From Marsupella aquatica (Eukaryota > Plantae > Marchantiophyta): 64,000 nucleotides of DNA. The stretch's first letter is position 1. Each line of letters begins with the position of its first letter. Location: positions 14,476,645 through 14,540,644 of the forward strand of contig OZ316893.1 of assembly GCA_973895155.1 (NCBI GenBank), written 5' to 3'. Below are positions 58,601 through 64,000 of this stretch, one piece after another. The notes beneath the pieces were generated by a model. It searched no databases, had not been told where the DNA came from, and saw only the letters and a list, made by a program, of their open reading frames with translations. Both the position numbers and the translations under genes were made by a program.

Positions 58601-59374
58601 TGCAGCATATAAAGAGAGATTTCCTCTGGTCAAATATTGGGAGAATCTTGTGCAAGCATTGTCCGAGGAACTTACAATAGAAGGGGAGGGGGGAATACAT
58701 TTGCCATTGACAACTGATTTTTGGCCAAAGACTAACCATGGCACAGGTTACAAGATGATTTTGGGGACATCTCAGCCGTCAAGTGAACCTTCTCAAAATC
58801 CAGAGATGATGGACCTTCAAAATGAGTACATGGAAGAGATGGAAGATCAAGCTGCACCCTTTGTTGGTGCACGACAAGAGCGAGAACCTGCACGTTGGAT
58901 TCCTCTACAAGATATTCAAGAAGGTCACTTTGTATTTTTACGTCCAGAGGATGAATGGGAATAGGAAAATGGCAAAGGGCGTTTCTGGTTGGTTCGAGCT
59001 TTGGGTGGTGTGGATCCAAACATGAGGTTCCCTCAACAGATTTGCAACATATTGAAGGGTCTTCTTCAACGTCTGTTGAGAGCATTCCTCTCAGGAATGC
59101 TCCTATGTTCCAAGTACAATGGTGGAGGCCTAAACATGGTAAGCATGATGCAAAGGATGATGTTCGATATGAACGTTGCTTTCAAACCACTAAGACTTGG
59201 GAGCTGGATCCTAGGTTTGACAATGTTACTCAAAGTTGGCAGTTTGCAAATTTTGCAATGTATGGGTTTAAGTCAGGTGCTAAAGAACAAAATATTATGG
59301 ATAGAGGTTTGACAATTCCTAAGAATGTTTTGAAAACTCTCAAAATTTACATGGAAGGTATAATTGATGAGTAG
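55660..59374 (+). pseudogene. Sola-like/DUF7869 DDD transposase, about 1230 aa, disrupted
   Basis: CCxxxC...VCxxxF region, FAKCTFC, IIHDKMDQ, LQMDNSGKANKN and SFLMVGHTHEDVDALFS. In-frame stops at 57100-57102 and 58962-58964; frameshifts near 58100 and about 59030. Confidence 0.85.
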
Positions 59375-60049
59375 ATTGATAGAACTCGTAGGTTACAAGT
59401 CTCCACTCAAATGACTTGTGATTAAGAGGGTCGAGTTGATTTCCATGCGTTGGTCTAAAGTGAGAGAACAAGACAATCAAATTAATACTCTATGATCTCT
59501 CAAAGCTATTGAATGGACTTTCTTATAATTATTATTTTATTTGTCTTAGTATATTTTAATTCTAGAAAATGATGCCATTTCATTCCTTCTAGTAGGTTGG
59601 ATATCATCCTAGTTAACTTTGTCTAGACACTATAGTCATTCCATTGTATTGGTGCTTAGTTAGATATCTTACTCAAGCTAAATGTTTTGAATATAGATGC
59701 TATCCAAGCTTATATGTTATTACTAGATTCTATCTATTTTCCAACCAAATGAACACTTTTATCACCCAAATGTTTTTTAATATCATCCAATTTAATATTT
59801 TACTTTCCCAAAATTTCATTTTTTTGGTCCCCAAATTTACATTTAATGATGCTTGAATTTTCATTTTTCATCTTCCAAATTTACAATTTTCATGCCTAAA
59901 ACTATGTTTTTAAATCGCCAAATTTCCCTATATCCTTTATAATTTCAGTTTTAATGAATATAGTGATACATAGTTAGAACCTCTTTGGCTCCACATTGAA
60001 AAACTAAATAATCAATCTCCTTAATACTTGATGAAATCTGTCAAAATTT

Positions 60050-60495
60050 GATTCATTGGAAAGCTCAAGATCAAGAAACTCATAAACTATCTAGTACTGT
60101 CTTGATGAAATTACTCAATGTCACACTCATTGGAAAGGTAGAGTACAATTAGAAACTCATCAACTTCTTAGGACACAAAATCTATCAATGTTAGGTTCAT
60201 TGGAAAGCTAAAGAAATTTGGATACTCATGATCCCTCTAAATCTTGACGAATACTCCCAATGGCACACATTAGCTAGAGAGATTGAAAACCTCATGATCT
60301 CTTTAGTACCGTGACAAAATCTGACATGAAAATTTTCAATTTCAGACTCAATGTTGGAAAGCTAAAAGAATTCATGAACTCATGATCAAAATTTCTTATT
60401 GTCACACTCATTGGAAAGGCATATAAATTCAAAAAGTGACAAAAACTCATTTGGAACTTGACAAAATTTGTCAATTTGAAGTTCATTGGAAACCC
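60050..60495. repeat. Degenerate tandem repeat, period about 55-75 bp
   Basis: Recurrent (t)cattggaaag...aactcat cores at about 60054, 60128, 60198, 60354, 60409 and 60484. Lies just outside the right Sola-like TIR. Confidence 0.65.
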
Positions 60496-61425
60496 TTTCT
60501 TGATTAAGAAATGTCACAATCTCCTGATAGTCACAAACTTAGCCGCTGCAAATTGATTTATTTGATTACATCATCATTGTTTGTCTACAATGCTTGCTTC
60601 CTGGCTCAAATTGTTTGTGTCCCTCCAGTCTTCAACTGGAGCTCACTCTAAACATAGTTTGATGCCAAATGCAGCCTTTATGTTGAAGAAACAATTGTTG
60701 ATCTCCCCCTCACACCATAACTTTTTTAAATAAAAAGCTACAAAACATTCATATGAAGTGATGGCTCGTCCATTTTGTGCATTTTTCCCACCAAAACAAC
60801 AAGTGCTCTTTTGTCAACAGTTGAGTGTTGTCCTCCAATTTGTCTTGTGGCAGTATTGTTTAATGTAAGTCACAAATGATCAATCAAGAATGATAGAAAC
60901 ACAATTTCTCCAATATATAAGCGAAAACAGTCAAAAAACTCAATTCCTCCAATTCAACCTTCCATTTTATAAACCAGAGAGATCATCTCAACCAGATCAA
61001 TCTCCTCTATCTTTCGAGTGTTCTCTTTTGTACGAGCACACACCAAGACCACCAGGAGACTCAAAACCATTGGTTACCTCCTTGCTGAAAATTGATTTCA
61101 CTTCATCAAACGCACATTCCTTGGATGAACATGGGGTCAACGGATTAATTGAATTTATGAGCATCAAGTTACTAAAATTACACTCAATTTCTGGGATATG
61201 TGGCCCATGGGGGTTCAAAAGAACAATGTGTTCCCCAAAGAAAGTAAAGTAGTTTGGTTTGTAATCCTCGCTCCCTCCCTCCCCCCCCCCCCCCCAAGAA
61301 TTCCCATGTTGAGAAGATCAATCATTCCTTTTTAAGAGTTTGGATGAATTTTGTAGTAATCATCTTAAAACAAGAGTAAATTTGTTTTGAGTGACTTGGT
61401 ACTTGTGCATCAAATTGTTTATTAC

Positions 61426-61955
61426 TTTACAAAGTGTTGGCCCCACTTTTATCCCACATGTCAATTTTCCAGTAGATAAAGTTTATAAACTATTGTAAAT
61501 CACTTAAAAAAATGGTGGGCTTCTCATGTTGTTCTCATAATGACAGGTTAGTAACACGTAAGTCACTAAGGATCATAAACTTAGGAAACATAACTCTAGG
61601 TTGGCATTACCTTGAAGTGTTTACTTTTCACACCCCTTGGATTAGACCACACTCTTGGAAATAGATAGCTTAGGGTCTAGCTATCTATAGCCTATGAGAA
61701 ATCAGTTTAATATTATTTGAATATAAGGATAGAAAAATTCTATTCCAACAAAAGATGGACAAGATTGAAAAACAAACATAAACTTAAAGAGGGGGTCTCA
61801 AAAAAGAAAATTGAAAATATTAAAAGGGGTTTAAAATATAATTTCAAAGTGCAAAAATACAAAGGATGCACCTCTTTAAAATAAATTGCAACAAAAACAC
61901 AAATGAAATTCTTAATAAGACAAATTAACCTGAGTAAGTTCCAAAACCAAGGTAA
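61426..61955 (+). repeat. Dispersed AT-rich repeat, copy 2
   Basis: Collinear similarity to 12386-12890. Confidence 0.8.
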
Positions 61956-63608
61956 CACCAGATATCCATCTCAAACTTGAAATCCAATCCAGAGGTTCAA
62001 CACTCTCCCGTGGGTCAGCTGGGCTAACGATTCCAAGTTACCTTTTGCAGGAACCACATATTTTTGGTCCGTGACCTGGCCATAACATTTTGGTCACTGG
62101 AAACCTTTGGGAATGAGCTGGTTTGAGGCGCCCTGATTAAGGCAAGAATGACAAATTCTACCACAAAGGAATGAAGATACCAACTAAGCAAGAACACGAG
62201 AGATTAACAAACAAGTGTAGGATGCCAAAATATAAACCCATGGTTGGTCAGATAGGGTTGTGGAGGGTGAGTGTGTGGGTGGGGTGTGGTGGTGAGAGTC
62301 CAGCCCCTGGCTAGTCCTTTTTGGGGCTCTGGTCCAACCCCCTTTCTCTCTCTCTCTCTGTACTGGGTATGACCCCCTTTGACCCCCTTTGTAGACTACC
62401 CTAGAGAGATGCATGCTCCAAAATTGATGTCTATCTCTCTTGGATGGATAGCTTTCTATATTCAAGGGAAAATAAAATGGCTGATAAAATAATGAATTAT
62501 TGTTTGGCAAACTTGGGCGGGAGCCCACAATAATATGGAGGACTGGGACAGCACTCTATGGAACCCCATGAAGGAACCCCATGAAATAGGGGAACATTAA
62601 TCAGGCGTAGATTTAATGAGGGGTCAAGCAAGATGCCTCCTGATTGACTGATTCGTTCGAAAAAGAAAAGGTGATCCACATTCGCAATGCGTCAGCTGTG
62701 ATCGTCACAATCGTGACTCCCATTGCACTTCTCCACGCCAGTCAAATCAGCTGTCACGAAGCTCATCGAGGATTCGAGGATGCAAATAATGGTGTGGCGA
62801 TCGATCACCATCGCCCTCGTCCGCTCGCAGAGTCGCAGTAACTCACTGTACTCGGTCTCGTGATTTGATCGAGATTATTAGTGACGGATTTCGGTGACGC
62901 ATGATTATTATTATTACAGGAACATCGAAACGAGGAGAAAGGTCTGTACAGGTTTTCCTTCTGTCGGTGTAAACTTGCCGAACGAGCTCTTTTCCCGAAA
63001 TTGAAGACAGAGTGCTCTTTCCTGTGCTTCAAGCTTTTGAGGGAGCACAGAGTTATTTTTACTGTGGAACAAAGGAAAGGAAGTTGGGGCAGGAGCTTCG
63101 GACCCGGAATCTCGTCCGTCCTCATGACGTCTGCTTCTGTTATCGTCACTCGATCCATTCTCGCATGGGCCCGCCCCGCCCGGCACCGGGCCCCCCGGCA
63201 GCCATCGGCACCATGGCTGCTGCCGTTCTGTTTCCCTTCGCTGCTGATGTGCCGTGGGAAGCCGCCGTGACGGGAGCGATGTGGGGCGACTGGGCGAGGC
63301 TCTGGCAGTCCGGCACACTTTGTTAGCGCGAATGGCGGAGAGAAGTGATTAAACAATACGCTGTGCAATTAAAAAAAGATTGAGTGAGATGAATAAAAGT
63401 TGTGAAGGTGAGTGAGATCCATTGCCTGGTCGAGCACGACAGAATTGGGAGGAAGGTGGTCTTCGCCTTCTTACTCTGCGTGCTTCTTGTGAGTGGGATT
63501 GGGATCGGGATCGTGGATAAGTAGGGAGAGTTCCGTCGACAGGCAAAAGTGGAGTGGTCGACCGAAGGGTTGCGAGGCTTCGAATAAATTCGTCTCCTCC
63601 GCTCAATT

Positions 63609-63610
<2 letters not shown>

Positions 63611-63662
<52 letters not shown>
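63611..63662 (+). repeat. (GA)26 microsatellite abutting the start codon
   Basis: Perfect GA run whose last A is the A of the ATG at 63662. Confidence 0.97.
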
Positions 63663-63667
<5 letters not shown>

Positions 63668-64000
63668 GAAGCTGCAGCGTTGGAGGGAGTGAGGCAATGC
63701 AAGACAGACATTGACAAGTATGTCTACCTGCGGATCTTGCAAGCTAAGGCTCCGGAGCTCTTCTATTTGGTGCTCATCAACAATGCGCAGGAGCTGCTTC
63801 CGGTGGTGTACACGCCCACGGTAGGGGAGGCGTGTTTGAAATACAGCCATTTGCCAATTAAAATGCACGGGCTGGTGATCCGGCCCAGCGACAAAGGCAA
63901 CGTGTTGAGCAAGCTCAAGCAGTGGGCAGGCAAGAACACAATCCGCGTCGTGGTGGTGACCGATGGAGAGCGAATTTTGGGATTGGGAGATCTCGGATTC
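63662..64000 (+). CDS. NAD(P)-dependent malic enzyme, 5' part (runs off the window)
   Basis: Manual translation, absent from the ORF track: MAEAAALEGVRQCKTDIDKYVYLRILQ...ELLPVVYTPTVGEAC...VVVTDGERILGLGDLG, containing the malic enzyme signature motifs. Confidence 0.93.

Larger units (their letters stand above)
17675..59967 (+). mobile_element. Sola-like (DUF7869-type) DNA transposon, native size about 12.9 kb, expanded by nested insertions
   Basis: Perfect 22-bp TIR ATCACTATATTCATTAAAACTG (17675-17696, reverse complement at 59946-59967) with direct flanks ACAT (17671-17674, 59968-59971); also readable as a 21-bp TIR with TACATA. Encloses a DDD transposase gene. CCAAAT-type subterminal repeats occur near both ends. 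Confidence 0.8.

Noticed and set aside
17677-59965. Outer element as a second CACTA, since its TIR contains CACTA...TAGTG
   Set aside because: Those boundaries give flanks TAT and ATA, which are not a 3-bp direct repeat. Extending by 2 bp gives a perfect ACAT TSD, and the enclosed transposase is not CACTA-type.
17675-59967. Bacterial or phage contamination as the source of the ParB-MTase-like gene
   Set aside because: The gene has a GT-AG intron, lies within eukaryotic TIRs and is interrupted by plant CACTA and gypsy elements with perfect TSDs.
62805-63868. Minus-strand ORFs near the right end
   Set aside because: They are antisense to the malic enzyme 5' region and include the translated microsatellite (SLSLSL). 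Most likely a GC-rich promoter or UTR.

Overview
Transposon-dense eukaryotic DNA, most likely from a land plant; a non-seed plant is a guess from element types and cannot be determined here. The centre is a three-level nest whose boundaries are all visible in the sequence. (1) A 42.3-kb Sola-like (DUF7869-type DDD transposase) DNA transposon, 17675-59967, with 22-bp TIRs and TSD ACAT; native size about 12.9 kb. It carries an intron-containing ParB-like/beta-class DNA amino-methyltransferase-like fusion gene, an FCP1/NIF phosphatase-like gene and two arrays of palindromic repeats. (2) A 29.4-kb CACTA element, 20741-50133, TSD TTG, inserted into that methyltransferase-like gene; removing it restores one open frame. 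It carries an EDM2-type PHD cassette, a tandem-BRCT ORF and an F-box-like ORF upstream of its transposase genes. (3) An intact, very young Ty3/gypsy retrotransposon, 29532-41963, TSD GATTG, with 3.1-kb near-identical LTRs, inserted into the F-box-like ORF. The left flank holds a 5'-truncated LINE, three solo LTRs (one of about 4 kb containing a decayed ORF) and MITE-like hairpins. The only clear host gene is the 5' end of a malic enzyme at the right edge. All domain assignments come from motif recognition by eye, not from database searches.
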